A stretch of DNA of 64,000 nt from Octopus sinensis (GCF_006345805.1 NC_043002.1:7688001-7752000), one strand, 5' to 3'; shown: positions 35,569 through 49,270, counted from the first letter of the stretch. Made by a program: numbers and translations. Notes: generated by a model not told the origin, from the sequence alone.

Positions 35569-36419
35569 ATTACGTGGAAAAATGCGAGCAAGGAAAATAA
35601 TATTCTTACGATTGTAAACCTAGAAAAGTACAGGACAAGTTATTAAACTTGGAAAAGTACAGAACAAGAAAAGTTTACTTAAAATATTGCAGCTAAGAAT
35701 AAAATTTCAAATAAAATATTTAGATTTAGAAAATATTAGCTTTTATTAAAACTAAAAATTTCATTACGAGTTATTACTTGTATTTTTTATTACTTGTTAC
35801 TTTTATTAAAAATAAAAGATAACCCAATTAAAATAATTTTTGCACTTTAAAAAATTTGTTTTTTTAATTATTAATTAATAATTGGAAATTTGAAAATAGG
35901 TTATAAAAAATAATTGTAGTACATAATTAGTTAGTACAATAAATATAATAATGCAAAAATTAGTTATATATTACAGTAAAATCTACCTATAACAACAAAT
36001 TCACAGTAAAATTTGCTTGAGTTATTACCAAGTCTTCACATTTTTAGTCTCGACCCAATGACTATTTTTTTACACAAGGAATTTGCCTACCATATATACA
36101 ATTCTACTATTCATAAAACTTAAGCTATAATTGGTACTTCTGGCTCTCCTTTTATAAGAATTCTAGTGTGTCAATATTTTAACAAAATGATGGTACCTTT
36201 TTTAATTATAATGTCACTTTGTAAATTAAAATTAAATAATTTTTAATATTCAAATGTTGTCCTTAGTTGTAATATTTTAAGTAAAAAATGTATTGTTCTG
36301 TACTTTACCAGATGTAATAAGTTGTCCTGAACTTTTCCAAGTGTAATAACTTGTCCTGTACTTTCCAGGTTTATAATCTTAAGAATATTATTTATCTTGC
36401 TCGCAGTTTTCCATGTAAT
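35569..36419. mobile_element. Non-autonomous DNA transposon with ~100-bp imperfect TIRs containing GGAAAAGTACAGGACAAG subrepeats
   Basis: ATTACGTGGAAAAATGCGAGCAAGG...AAAGTACAGGACAAG is mirrored by CTTGTCCTGTACTTT...TCTTGCTCGCAGTTTTCCATGTAAT. Very AT-rich core. Confidence 0.7.
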
Positions 36420-37133
36420 CCATGCTTTTTCCAGGCTATGCTATTATGCCAAGTAATAATGTATCAAACGTGTCAATTAGCGGTGTCATTGATAATTTTT
36501 CCTTACCTCAATGACGTTACCGGTGATGTATATAAAAATCCCCTTATAGATCCATATTCATGAAAAGTATAGAACTATATTATCACCCTCAAATTTGAGA
36601 AACAAACACTCATAACTTTTTTCTTTTAAAACTTCACTGCATGATATTGATACCATGAAATTCCTTGAATTCAGCTCTATCATTTAAGCTTAATTAAAAT
36701 ATAGTTTGTGTTTAAAATAAAAAAAGTTAATTATACTTAAATCCAATTTTTTGCCTTATATTGTTTTCATATTTCAACTCACAACTTTTTTTATGCAAAT
36801 TTTTGTTGCATGGGATCAAAACTATAAACTTATTCATGCTTTCTTCTATCATTGAAGCTAAGATAAATATATTTTGGTTTTAAAATTTTAAAATTATTTA
36901 GATCTAAACTTGACTGGTGGCGTTACTTACTCTCCTTGACGTCGCTACAAATTTATGTGTAAACTTTTTTCTACTGGATCAAATCTCAGTTTCTCCATGC
37001 CAAAATGTAACTAGGGACCAGCCCTCTTCAAAAATGTTAACATTTTAAAATATGGTTAAGAACTAAATTAGCGTGAGAGTAAAATTGCGGCGTCAAGAAT
37101 ATTATTCAACTACTAACGTAGTTGAATGATAAT

Positions 37134-37508
37134 GGAGGCGAAATGGCCCAGTGGTTAGGGCAGCGGACTCGAGGTCATAGGATCGCGGTTTCGATTCCCA
37201 GACCGGGCGTTGTGAGTGTTTATTGAGCGAAAACACCTAAAATCTCCACGAGGCTCTGGCAGGGATGGTGGTGATCCCTGCTGTACTCTTTCACCACAAC
37301 TTTCTCTTACTTCATGTTTCTGTTGTACCTGTATTTCAAAGGGCCGGCCTTGTCACTCTCTGTGTCACGCTGAACATCTCCGAGAACTACGTTAAGGGTA
37401 CACGTGTCTGTGGAGTGCTCAGCCACTTACACGTTAATTTCACGAGCAGGCTGTTCCGTTGATTCGGATCAACCGGAACCCTCGTCGTCGTAACCGACAG
37501 AGTGCTTT
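37134..37508 (+). mobile_element. SINE family A, full length (tail type 4)
   Basis: Shared head and body. Tail ...GAACCCTCGTCGTCGTAACCGACAGAGTGC. Confidence 0.85.
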
Positions 37509-39551
37509 CATCCCATTCCAGTTGAAATATAGAACAAAGTATTTAGTCTGGCACTCCATCCATTCTGGACAGAACTTTTGGAACAACAGTCCTTCAAAGT
37601 TCCATACCTCACGGAAAAGGAAAAGTGAGGTGAGCAGGTTTCTTTCATTTTGTTTTTAGTCCTTTTTCGTTTCATATAATGGAAAATTTCCTCAAAATTT
37701 GTCTTTCACATCCCATCCCTCAATTCTGTGCCCTTTTTTTCCTTCTGTGTCATTTAGGAAATAACTATTCTTATTTATTCTGCCAGCTTCAGCTCCTCCA
37801 CAGAGTTTATTATTCCTACCTTAGCTGGACCAAAACCTACCAATATGCCCACCATATGTACAGTTTTAACTCTACACCTCAGGCAGGAGTGGGGGAGGTG
37901 CACATGACCAGCTGATTAACAAGATCACTTCATAATCCTGACATGTTAGTGTTGAGTTCAATCCAACCCCAAGTATTTTTAGCCTAGTTTTGGGTCTTAA
38001 AGAAGGGACAGTGCCCATGCCCTTCACGGACCATCTAGATGAGTGAGGTTAATGATTAATGACATTGATGTTCCTTGTGAACCTTTCTAAACCAACACCT
38101 GTGGGAAAGTTATGAGCAGATGGGATTTCCAGAGGGGAACCATTTTGGGGAGGATGGACTGAGGAGCAGAGTACTAAATGTGAGGACTTGTAAGTAGGGG
38201 TGGGTGGACATAAGAGAGATGATAAGAGAAGAGGAAAGTGGGATGGGAATGTTTGAGAGGAGGTGAGGTGAGCTCAGCTAGCTGCAAGGAGCAGAAGCCA
38301 TATAGTAGCAGTAGAAATGACAGAGAAAGGGGACACAACGTCTGGGCATCAGAGGCTGGAGCACGTCTGTGAGTGACTTAATAGTTAATCTGTCAAGTGG
38401 CCAAAGATTTGGTAGTAAAACTGGCTAAATAGAGACTGTGCGGAACCCTGCCAAATGAAGTACAACTAACTTAAAAAGCCAACCTGGTCTCACATCAAAT
38501 ATGTAACCAATAAGGGGGAATGCGACCCACATCGGCCCATAGCTCCCTGACAATAAAATTATTCATTTGATATTTAGTTTTATTTTGTTGTGATCTTCCA
38601 CAATTTATTCAGCGAATTGTGTATTTTTTCTTAATAGTTGAAACTCTGGCTATGTCACACTGATTCTGTTCCAGAATTACATTAAGGCCACAGATATCTA
38701 TGGAATATTCAGCCAACTACACTTTAATTAGATCCTGCACCTGTAATCCAAAAGGCCTAGCCATGTCTCATTGGGTTGTGCTGATTCTACTTATGGATAA
38801 TGTTGTGGGTATATGTGTGCTGTTGTATACTCAGCCAGTTATATGTTACTATAATGTGTAACCATAAGACTACAAGCTGACAGAGTCATTAGCCCATTCT
38901 GAGTTCAAATTCCACCTAGGCTGACTTTGCCTTTCATCCTTTGAGGGTTGGTAAAATAAGTATCAGTTGAATGTGTAACCAGTTCGGTTGATCACACAAC
39001 TGGAGTGATCATCCTAGAAACAGATGAAGATCCTTTTCTTTTAGTTTTTGTTTACTTATACACATCATCAAATTAGCCAACGAGGTAATCTCTGTGTGGT
39101 TATTCAATTTGCTAGAAATAACAACCAAATCTTCATCACACTAAGCTCTAACATTTTAAAAATGAAGGACATTGAATAATATTGCCCTACACCTTCAATA
39201 AAAATACAGAATGGCTCATTCTGACCCGGGTTTAAACTGACAGGCATTTGTTGCAACCATTGCGAGTGTACCGCCAGTACAAATTTTCACGAACCACTTT
39301 CTTAATCATGTTGTACCTAGATTTACTGCACTTTTTTTCTTTTTTAAGGATAACACCATTTTCTTGCAAATAATTTACTGCATCTGCCTCTGTTTTCAAA
39401 AACTCCTTCAGAGTCGTACAGTTAAATGGCTTGAATGTGAATGCGGCCCATTCCAACCAAGAGTAAAAACAGAAAAGACACAGAAATAAGCTTCACGAAA
39501 TATATGTAAAATATATAAAATTTTAAGAAAACTGACGAAAATTTAAAAGGG

Positions 39552-39969
39552 CCTTGTGTGGTATGAAGCTTGTTTCCCAACCACATGGTTCCGGGTTCAG
39601 TCCCACTGCGTAGTACCTTGGGCAAATGTCTTCTTCTGTAGCTCGGGCGACCAAAGCCTTGTGAGTGGATTTGGTAAACGGAAACTAAAAGAAACCCGTC
39701 GTATATATATATATATATATAATATATATATGTTTAAACATATGTATTTGTGTCTGTGTCTGTGTTTGTCCCTCCACCATCACTTGACAACCGATGTTGG
39801 TGTGTTTACACCCCCGTAACTTAGCTGTTCGGCAAAAGAGCCCGATAAAATTAGTACTAGGCTTACACAGAATAAGTCATTGGGTCGATTTGTTCTACTA
39901 AAGGTAGTGCTTCAGCATGGCCGCAGTCAAATGACTGACACATGTAAAAGAATAAAAGAATAAAAGAAT
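39552..39969 (+). mobile_element. SINE family C
   Basis: CCACATGGTTCCGGGTTCAGTCCCACTGCG...CAGCATGGCCGCAGTC...(TAAAAGAA)n. Confidence 0.85.
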
Positions 39970-40008
39970 ATATGCATGCATGCATATATATACATATATA
40001 TATATATG

Positions 40009-40058
<50 letters not shown>

Positions 40059-40263
40059 TATATATATAAGTATGTATGTGAATGAATTATCTTAGTATTG
40101 ATAATTCGGTTAATCGATACCTGGGTAGCAAATTCACGTCAGAAAACACGGTTGAAGCAACATGCCAAGGGTAGAAACCCCATGTTCTTGTGTGGTAATT
40201 TGTGTATTATTTAAAATGAATAAAAGAATGGAGTCGAACGAAGATTTTAACACAATTCCTTTA

Positions 40264-40346
40264 CTTTCAACACATGTTTCGAAGACTGCATATTCTTAAT
40301 TCTGAAGGAACAAGGTGTGCATTATGCCGTCTTCTCATCAGGAAAG
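40264..40346 (-). ncRNA. Type I hammerhead ribozyme, canonical core, GUU triplet
   Basis: CUUUC-CUGAUGA-GAAGAC...GUCUUC-GAAAC-AUGU-GUU-GAAAG. Stem I 5 bp; stem II 6 bp plus a GCAUA/UAUGC extension. Confidence 0.85.
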
Positions 40347-40419
40347 ACAAAGAAAATCAATCAGCCTCAAGACGGACAAAAACTTTTCTATGGCTTGCTA
40401 CATAATGTTCACACATATA

Positions 40420-40435
40420 TAAGTATGTATGTATG

Positions 40436-40525
<90 letters not shown>

Positions 40526-41277
40526 GTATACACACGTACATACATATATATATATATATTATATGTATGTATGTATGTATATATATATATTATATATATA
40601 TATTATATAATATATAATATATATTATACACACACACACCACACTAACACGCTACATACATAAGTATGTATTTGTACGTAAGTTGAAATAAATATATTCT
40701 TATTCATGAATGAGCTGGCGCGCGTGTGCGTGTGTACACATCAATGGCCCTGAGCAATAGGTTTCTCTTGCGATTACTTAAACAGATGACCACGTCAGAA
40801 ACAAGTTGCTGAGAAGTATAGAAAAAGGTTTCTTTTGTATGTTCCCAGAAAACACCAAGAGGAAAAGAAACAGGCAAAGAAACACACAGCCCGACAGACA
40901 GACAGGTAAGGCAGGCTGATAGGTAGGCAGGCAAACAGACATGCAGACAGAGAGAGACAGAGACAGACAGACAGACAGGCAGAGAGAAAGTCAATGGGAG
41001 AGAGAGAGAGATAGGGGGTATGCGTATACTTAAGAAAGAAACAAAGCATATGTGAACAGCAGACGGAGCTGTCGAAGGGGTGGAGAAATGGAAACGGTGT
41101 GTAGCGTCTAGACGTATCAAGGTCTTACAGCCACTGAACAATTAGGACATTTATACAAATCCCTTTGTTACTAAAAAATATGTATCTATACTTTATATAA
41201 ATAGTAGGAGAATCAATGTGTCCAAAATTCTATGGATAATCGACACTATCTATCTATTTACCTATCTATCTATCTTT

Positions 41278-41345
<68 letters not shown>

Positions 41346-41507
41346 TTGTCAATCTATCTATTTGTCAATCTATTTATCTAACTATCTATCTAGCTATATA
41401 TCTATATGTTTGTCTATCTATTTATGTATGTATGTATGTATCTATCTAATCTATATATATATATATATATATACAAACACGCACATGCATATATACATAT
41501 GTATATG

Positions 41508-41542
<35 letters not shown>

Positions 41543-41671
41543 TATATATACACGTGTATGTATCCCTGTTTATATATACGATAGAAAATTCAATCTATCT
41601 CTTATGTGGATGGATAGATAATAGATAGATAGACGAAAAGAGCGATACTTAGACAGGTAATAAGTAGGAAA

Positions 41672-41705
<34 letters not shown>

Positions 41706-41719
41706 GATAGATAGATAGA

Positions 41720-41756
<37 letters not shown>

Positions 41757-42605
41757 ATATTATATATATAATGTGTGTATTTGTGCGAAAGCATATGTCC
41801 ATAAATGTATGTCTATATACGCTTATATATACATATTATATATGTGTGTATGTCTCTGTATGTATGTATGCATATGCATACATGTGTGTGTCTGTGTATG
41901 TATATATATTTGCGTGCATTTGTAGCATATATGAACGTATGAACACAATACATTCCTAATCCTTACATTAACATATAGAATTCTGTATGAATGAAACTTT
42001 TTATATTTCCCCACGTATTAATTGTTAAGTCATGCGTAAACTTGGAAACCAAGACGTCGACTCTAGATCCACATAACTCGTTTGCGCGATCATACTTATA
42101 TGTATATCTCTGCTTGTGTTGCCTTATCTATGTGCCTTCTTTGCACCCACCTGCATTTTTGTAAATTATGTATACATATATAAATGTATATATGGGCGTA
42201 TGTATGCGTGATTGTACGTGTGTATGTGTGCGTATGTATATGCGTGTGTATGTGTGTATGTGTGTGTTTTAAATTAGTTTATACAGTGTTTCTGTGAACC
42301 CCATGGAAGCAGCGGGTCACTATGTGATGTGTGTACGTACATATTCACTAATACAAATTTATGTACACACACACACACTCACACACACACACACACACAC
42401 ATATATATTTATATATATATATATTTACGATCGTGCATGCGTGTGTGTGTGTGTGCATATATACACATATATGTGTATATGTATATTTGTATATATACGA
42501 ATATTTGTTTATGCACACATATTTTCATGCATATGTATATATACTATAATATATATATTATATCTATATATATAACATATTATACGTGTGTATATATTAT
42601 ACATG

Positions 42606-42663
<58 letters not shown>

Positions 42664-42726
42664 TAGAGATATATAGACAGACAGACAGAGAGAATGAGAG
42701 AGTGGAAGACAAACAGACAGACAAGC

Positions 42727-42780
<54 letters not shown>

Positions 42781-42820
42781 GTAGGTAGATAGGTAGGTAG
42801 GTAGGTAGGTAGGTAGATAG
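40420..42820. repeat. Microsatellite-rich tract (TA, TATG, TATC, GATA, CA, GACA, GGTA)
   Basis: Directly visible, interspersed with short unique spacers. Confidence 0.9.
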
Positions 42821-43825
42821 AAACCGTGATGAGAATAAGGTTTTTCCGTGTGGCATTATTTAATATAAGTTTATGAGAGTCGATTGCTAAAATAAGATGA
42901 AAACGGAAAAAAGCTTATTCTGCAACACTTATTAAAAGACAGTTTTGTTTTTAATGCAATTTTTTTTTTATAAGTATTTGAAAAAGAAAAAAAAATATTC
43001 AACTTACCGTCTTGATAAATTTCATATGTATTCATACTCCAGATCCTCTTTACGTTCAAAGTTTCCACATAAAGAAAAAAAATTGAATGAAATTGTTGAT
43101 GAAACGATATTTAATCAAATAAATATTAGATGAAATCCAATAAAATCTATGATGAATTCGCAATCAGAGACACCTTTTCTTGACGTGTGCGCGCGCGTAG
43201 GTTTGTGTGTGTGTATGCGTGTGTAAGCGTGTGTATGTGTGTGTTTGTGCGTGTGTATATGTATGTATGTATCTATGTGTGTGTGTATGTATTTCAGTGT
43301 ATTTACGCACACGTTCAGAAATATATGATTCTTTGCTTACTGACGATTCGATCGAATTTGATAGAATCTTGTGATAAAGACGTTGTTTTGAGTAATGTAA
43401 ATATGGAAATAAGGACGTGTGGTTTTAATTTTTATAGTATATCCGTTTGCGTTGATGACTTTCTGAAAATGGGCTTTATTTTCATCATTGAAAATTTAAG
43501 AACTAATCCATTTAACCGAGTAGTCTTCATTTCTGTTTGGTCATTTCTGTAGATACATCATTTTGCAAATTTGGACTTTGGGTCATTTAAAAATGCTTTT
43601 TGCTTTGATGCTGTTGGCTTTTCTATCACTTCATGAATCGTTATAAGCACATACATATATGTGTGAGTGTGTGTGATTTTGTGTGTTTAGTATATAATCT
43701 GTTTAGTATATATTATTTGTAATTGAATGCATATCCAGAATACGGTATATTCATTTATTATGTAAAAAAAAAAAACCCCGAAGTTTTTCAGGTTATAAAA
43801 TGCATGAAGGTGTTGTTGTTGTTGC

Positions 43826-43888
<63 letters not shown>

Positions 43889-43944
43889 GCTTGCATATGG
43901 TATACAGGTATACAGGTGGTATACAGGTATACAGGTATACAGGT

Positions 43945-44215
43945 GGGCAAAGATGTGTCAAGAACACAACATTATATCGAGATGACGAGCAAGAACCACA
44001 CACAGTTGTAATCAGAGGTTTTGCGAACAACTTCAATTTGTAATTATAAATGAATAATAATCCAGTATGGTAATGAATCCATTAAGCGATGGCTCTGTAC
44101 CTCCGACAATCCGCTTATGAGTTCTCAGATTTCTGTATTTTTGGTGAGTAACAAATGAACTTCTTTTTCCGCAAAACGTTGTCCTTACGATTGAAAGTCG
44201 TGCAAAAGTTTTATC
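43945..44215 (-). pseudogene. Candidate trypsin-like (S1) serine protease exon or pseudo-exon
   Basis: Strong acceptor TCTCTCTTTATCTTTCAG| then DKTFARLSIVRTTFCGKRSSFVTHQKYRNLRTHKRIVGGTE (zymogen CG...R-IVGG pattern). Downstream PW/CGGSL/TAAHC equivalents appear only as frameshifted, degenerate look-alikes. Confidence 0.35.
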
Positions 44216-44617
44216 CTGAAAGATAAAGAGAGATTGGTATTCATTATATAACAACCAAGTATTTGAAGAGAATATTTTTTGTATGACTTTATTGAACACA
44301 ATTACAAACATGGATATCTATGTCGCGAAAAATACAGTCAACTCTAAAGCAGAAGTACTTCTGTTTCAGATTTAAACTCCATGATAATTTTATAGCAAGT
44401 TCAATGCGTTGTAGATAAACTAACTCGTACAGCATTAGTTTTGCGCATTGATTGAGAGGTAAGGATGTATGCATAAATGTGGATAGAGAAAGAGATTGAG
44501 AGATAGGAGGAAAAGTAGACAGTGAGAAAGAATATATATATATTTATTATCAAAAGCAAATAAGCATTTGTCAAAAGATATATTGTGTCATATGCATGCA
44601 ATATATACATTCAGTGT

Positions 44618-44717
44618 NNNNNNNNNNNNNNNNNNNNNNNNNNNNNNNNNNNNNNNNNNNNNNNNNNNNNNNNNNNNNNNNNNNNNNNNNNNNNNNNNNN
44701 NNNNNNNNNNNNNNNNN
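44618..44717. other. Assembly gap (100 N)
   Basis: Run of N. Confidence 1.
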
Positions 44718-44975
44718 GTGTATATATGTATGTATGTATGCATGTATGTATGTGTGTATGTATGTATGTATGTAGTATGTATGTATGTATGTGTGTATAT
44801 ATGTGTGTATATATGTATGTATGCATGTATGTATGTATGTGTGTATGTATGTATGTATGTATGTATGTATGTATGTATGTATGTATGTATATATCCATGG
44901 ATGGATGGATGGATGTATGCATGTATGTATGTATGTATGTATGTATGTATGTATGTATGTATGTATGTATGTATG
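44718..44975. repeat. (TATG)n microsatellite
   Basis: Directly visible. Confidence 0.95.
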
Positions 44976-45147
44976 TTGTGTGGACGCCCCCAGACGATGA
45001 AGTAGGCTAGCCCAATACGTAGATATAGAGGGAGAAGTCAAGACGTCGGGAGTAGCAGTCAGAGGTAGAGTAGCAGTCAGAGTAGAGCAGGAGTAGAGAG
45101 TAGTAGAGGCATCCGAACGTGCGACATAACATATGTATGTAGACATA

Positions 45148-45367
45148 TTCTTTTCTTTTTCTCTTTTACTTGTTTCAGTCATTTGACTGCGGCCATGCTG
45201 GAGCACCGCCTTTAGTCGAGCAAATCGACCCCGGGACTTATTCTTTGTAAGTCCAGTACTTATTCTATCGGTCTCTTTTGCCGAATCGCTAAGTGACCGG
45301 GACATAAACACACCAGCATCAGTTGTCAAGCAATGCTAGGGAGACAAACACAGACACACAAACATAT

Positions 45368-45400
<33 letters not shown>

Positions 45401-45565
45401 CATATATACGACAGGCTTCTTTCAGTTTCCGTCTACCAAATCCACTCACAAGGCATTGGTCGGCCCCAGGCTATAGCAGAAGACACTTGCCCAAGATGCC
45501 ACGCAGTGGGACTGAACCCGGAACCATGTGGTTGGTTAGCAAGCTACTTACCACACAGCCACTCC
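45148..45565 (-). mobile_element. SINE family C, full length
   Basis: Reverse complement of the family C consensus seen at 22553. Confidence 0.9.
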
Positions 45566-45949
45566 CAACTCTTTGTAAATGTGTAGTGCCGAGAGCACAT
45601 AGAAAATCGTCCCCACTTCTTCCAAACCTGGTGGCAGCAGAACTTTCTCACTGAAACCGACAGTCACACTGAGAAAGTTTGTCCCTGCACAAGGCAGCCA
45701 TTCGTTATTCACGGAAGGGAACAATGCACTGCCTGGTCCGTAAATCGAACTGAGGGCCTTGTGATCGTGAATCCCAAATCCTAGCATCAAAGTATATACT
45801 AAACCCTTTCACCTCCTTCTATCGTAGAACATCATATCATTTCCGCATTTTGACTCCTCTCTAGGAAAACGATATGTATACATATTTAAGTTCCACACAA
45901 AATATGAAAGGGATTACCTAGGATCACAATATCAGCTCTGTAAACCGAT

Positions 45950-46242
45950 TGCCAATAATAATAGTGTGTGCATGGTGCGTGTGTTTGTGTGTGTGTAGTG
46001 TGTGTACGAATATATATACATATATATAGTTACATTTATGCATACATTACATGCACACACACATATACATATATATATATATACTTGTATAGATGTGTGT
46101 ATAAATATATATATACATATATATAAGTATATATACATTTATACATGTATATATATACTATATATATCTGTAAATATATATATGTTATTAAGTATAGTAT
46201 ACATATATACATGTATATATATACATATATATATATAAGTAA

Positions 46243-46275
<33 letters not shown>

Positions 46276-46881
46276 ATATAGATATGTATATACATGTGCG
46301 CGTGTATATGTATATATGCGCATATATATTCATATATGTGTATTATTTATGTACGTATACATAAATTATGCGTGCGTATATATGCATATATGTGTGTGTG
46401 TGTTTATGTATTTATATACATTCTATGCATTGTATACACACGCACGTACACGCATATGTAAGTGTGTGTGTGTATGTGTATGCTTGTCTGTGAGTGCGTA
46501 TGTGCATAGATTTCAACATATGTATGCGTACTGTACGCATGGTTATTAAGTAAGTACGTATGACTTTCTGAAATGTGGAATATTGTGTTATGATTGACGA
46601 AGTATTCAGTTCCAAGAGTCCGGAAATTGTCAATAAGAACCCGAGTGAACATCGATTGATACACTCTTTTAGAACATTCGAGATTGACCGTTTCAAATAG
46701 GAAATCGGAAATAAAAGAAGAGATACAGAATTTCAACACAAGGGTATTCGGAATTTGGACAGCAGCGACAAATCTCTGTGATGTCAGCCTGATGTGAAGG
46801 ATTTAATGATATATGTGCGTACGTATGTGTATATATATATATATATACAAATGAGCGTGTGCTTTTATGTATACACACACA

Positions 46882-46951
<70 letters not shown>

Positions 46952-47016
46952 CATATATGAAGGCATATGCAACCATGATAATTTGTATTGAGAAGCACTT
47001 CTAAAACTATATATAT

Positions 47017-47048
<32 letters not shown>

Positions 47049-47111
47049 TATACATATATATATATATATATATATTATTATATAATATATATATAAATAT
47101 ATAATATATAT

Positions 47112-47166
<55 letters not shown>

Positions 47167-47245
47167 TATCCCATATAATTCTATATGAAAAATATTTTCG
47201 AACATTCAAACTACACACACACACAATATATATATACACGCGCGC

Positions 47246-47286
<41 letters not shown>

Positions 47287-47354
47287 TGTGTGTGTATGTG
47301 TGTGCGCATAAGTATAGATAGACAACCAGGCAGGCAGACAAGAAAATATAGACT

Positions 47355-47451
<97 letters not shown>

Positions 47452-47545
47452 GGGGAAGGAGGGGGAAGGAGGGGAGAGAGAGAGAGAGGGAGAGAGGGAG
47501 GCAGGCAGGCAGGCAGGCAGGCAGGGAGGGAGGGAGGAGGTAATC
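45950..47545. repeat. Microsatellite-rich tract surrounding a unique island at ~46540-46810
   Basis: Directly visible. Confidence 0.9.
46558..46788 (-). CDS. Weak candidate exon (LTSQRFVAAVQIPNTLVLKFCISSFISDFLFETVNLECSKRVYQSMFTRVLIDNFRTLGTEYFVNHNTIFHISESH)
   Basis: CCTTCACATCAG| acceptor and one frame open throughout. Weak donor; no family recognised. Confidence 0.2.
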
Positions 47546-47645
47546 ATTTATATAAATACCTGTTTTAATATCTCAGCATTTACTTTGCGAAAAGTATTGA
47601 AGCACTTGAAATACAATTAACATATTTATATAAATGGATAGATGC

Positions 47646-47982
47646 TTTTTGTTTTGGGATTTGGTTTGCATGATTCTTTATGTGAGTTCGTGTGTTGAAG
47701 CATATTTTGTTGTGTCTGGGGAGAGTCATTCTCTTTTTGTGCCTTATTATGTAACACACTCACCGGTAAAATTTCCACTTATTTCTTATTTTTATTTTCT
47801 AAAATTTTCGTTGCGTGTTGCAACCTTTTCAAGAGTCAAGACTATTGAAAAGGTTGCAAGACGCAACGAAAATTTTAGGACAATAAATATAAGAAAAAAG
47901 TGGAAATTTTACCGGTGAGTGAGTTACATAATAAGGCACAAAAAGAAAATGACTCTCCCCAGACACAACAGGATATATGCTT
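47646..47982. mobile_element. Second copy of the palindromic element at 6248-6573 (opposite orientation)
   Basis: Same arms, same unique tail and same central spacer. Confidence 0.9.
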
Positions 47983-48090
47983 TATTTTTCTTTTTTTTTT
48001 TAGGCTTTAGTCATGTCAATTGCAATTTGTAATTTATAAATTTAGATAAGATATTGCTAGTGAATGATAGATAAATAAGATGTTGATGAA

Positions 48091-48125
<35 letters not shown>

Positions 48126-48767
48126 CGACCATGATGATGACAATGACCACGACGACGACAACGGATGAGTATTATGTTGTTGCTTAGCCCCAGGCGCGGG
48201 CCAACTTCGTTCAAGTAAACCTATTCTTGTATATTTTAAAAGGTAGGAGACTTTTTTCCTTTACTGATTGCTCGTAATACTGTTAGTGTTTATGCTGCCG
48301 TTGAGCAGATTCCGGAGTCTATATAATTAAACAGTAGAATTTAATGAAAATATCGTTGTTCTGCTTCGGCAAATAGTTATGCAAAGATGGCACGCAGTAG
48401 ATACTCTAATGAAACCGACATATGTTATGGGACCTTGAAACTTAGTTTTTGGAAAATACCTGAAATCCACCTTATTAAATGTTTAGGTAACCGATGTTAC
48501 CCATTTTAATTCACCCCACCTTGACTCATGTGTGCCTTATTTAGAATTCGTAGAATTCCTTCTGTTGAGGGTAATCGAACCAAGTTTTTCGGTCTTAAGT
48601 TAAGTATCTTGATGGCTACTTCCTAGTAGAGTTGTTGTTTCTCCCTCTCTTGTCTCATTTTGACCAGACCCAAAGCTCTAGCAATAACATTATGGACACG
48701 GGTGGTCTTTCTTTGTTTGGCATTTGAAGTCTCAGAACCATTTCATAAATCATTAATCACAACTGCC

Positions 48768-48953
48768 TAGATATATCGTTAGCCACTACACACATTTTTT
48801 TCTCTCCTTGTTTTATCTGTGTCCCTTTCTGTAGAAGAGCGTAGGCTCGAAACGTAAAAGACTTTTCCTATTCCTGAGCGTTATACTAATACATCTGTTT
48901 GTTTTGTACGCCACCTGCCTTCGTCTTATGTTTTTTTCGTAAACTCTCCCTAT
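48768..48953 (+). mobile_element. Penelope-like pLTR-type short element, hammerhead-like motif (core CUGUAGA) at 48825-48860
   Basis: CUUU-CUGUAGA-A-GAGC-GUAG-GCUC-GAAAC-GUA-AAAG. Homologous to 11151 and 16234. Confidence 0.7.
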
Positions 48954-49270
48954 ATTTTGTGCGCTTTGTCAATCTTGGGACAACATTGTTCGTATAACGA
49001 ATGTTCTAATCAAATCTAGTTATCTTTATCTAGCAGCACCAGTAAACACTTTGCTTTTCTCTAAACAAATGTCCTATTTGAAATATTTCTTCTCTTCTTC
49101 CTCATAACGTGAATTGACGATAATGATCAGGAACAAAGATCTATTTTCGACTCATTCAATGGGTCAGCTTACTTTCGATCAAGCTGGTTTCCAGTCATAA
49201 TGGTAGACTAGGTATAAGATTTATGGTTGCTGAGGCTGAATTTATCATTATTATTATTATTATTATTATT

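Noticed and set aside
37680-38520. GC-richer unique-looking tract, and similar tracts at 20180-20400, 24500-24900 and 48250-48760
   Set aside because: Broken frames with only vague LINE/transposon-like words; probably ancient TE debris, not assignable by eye.
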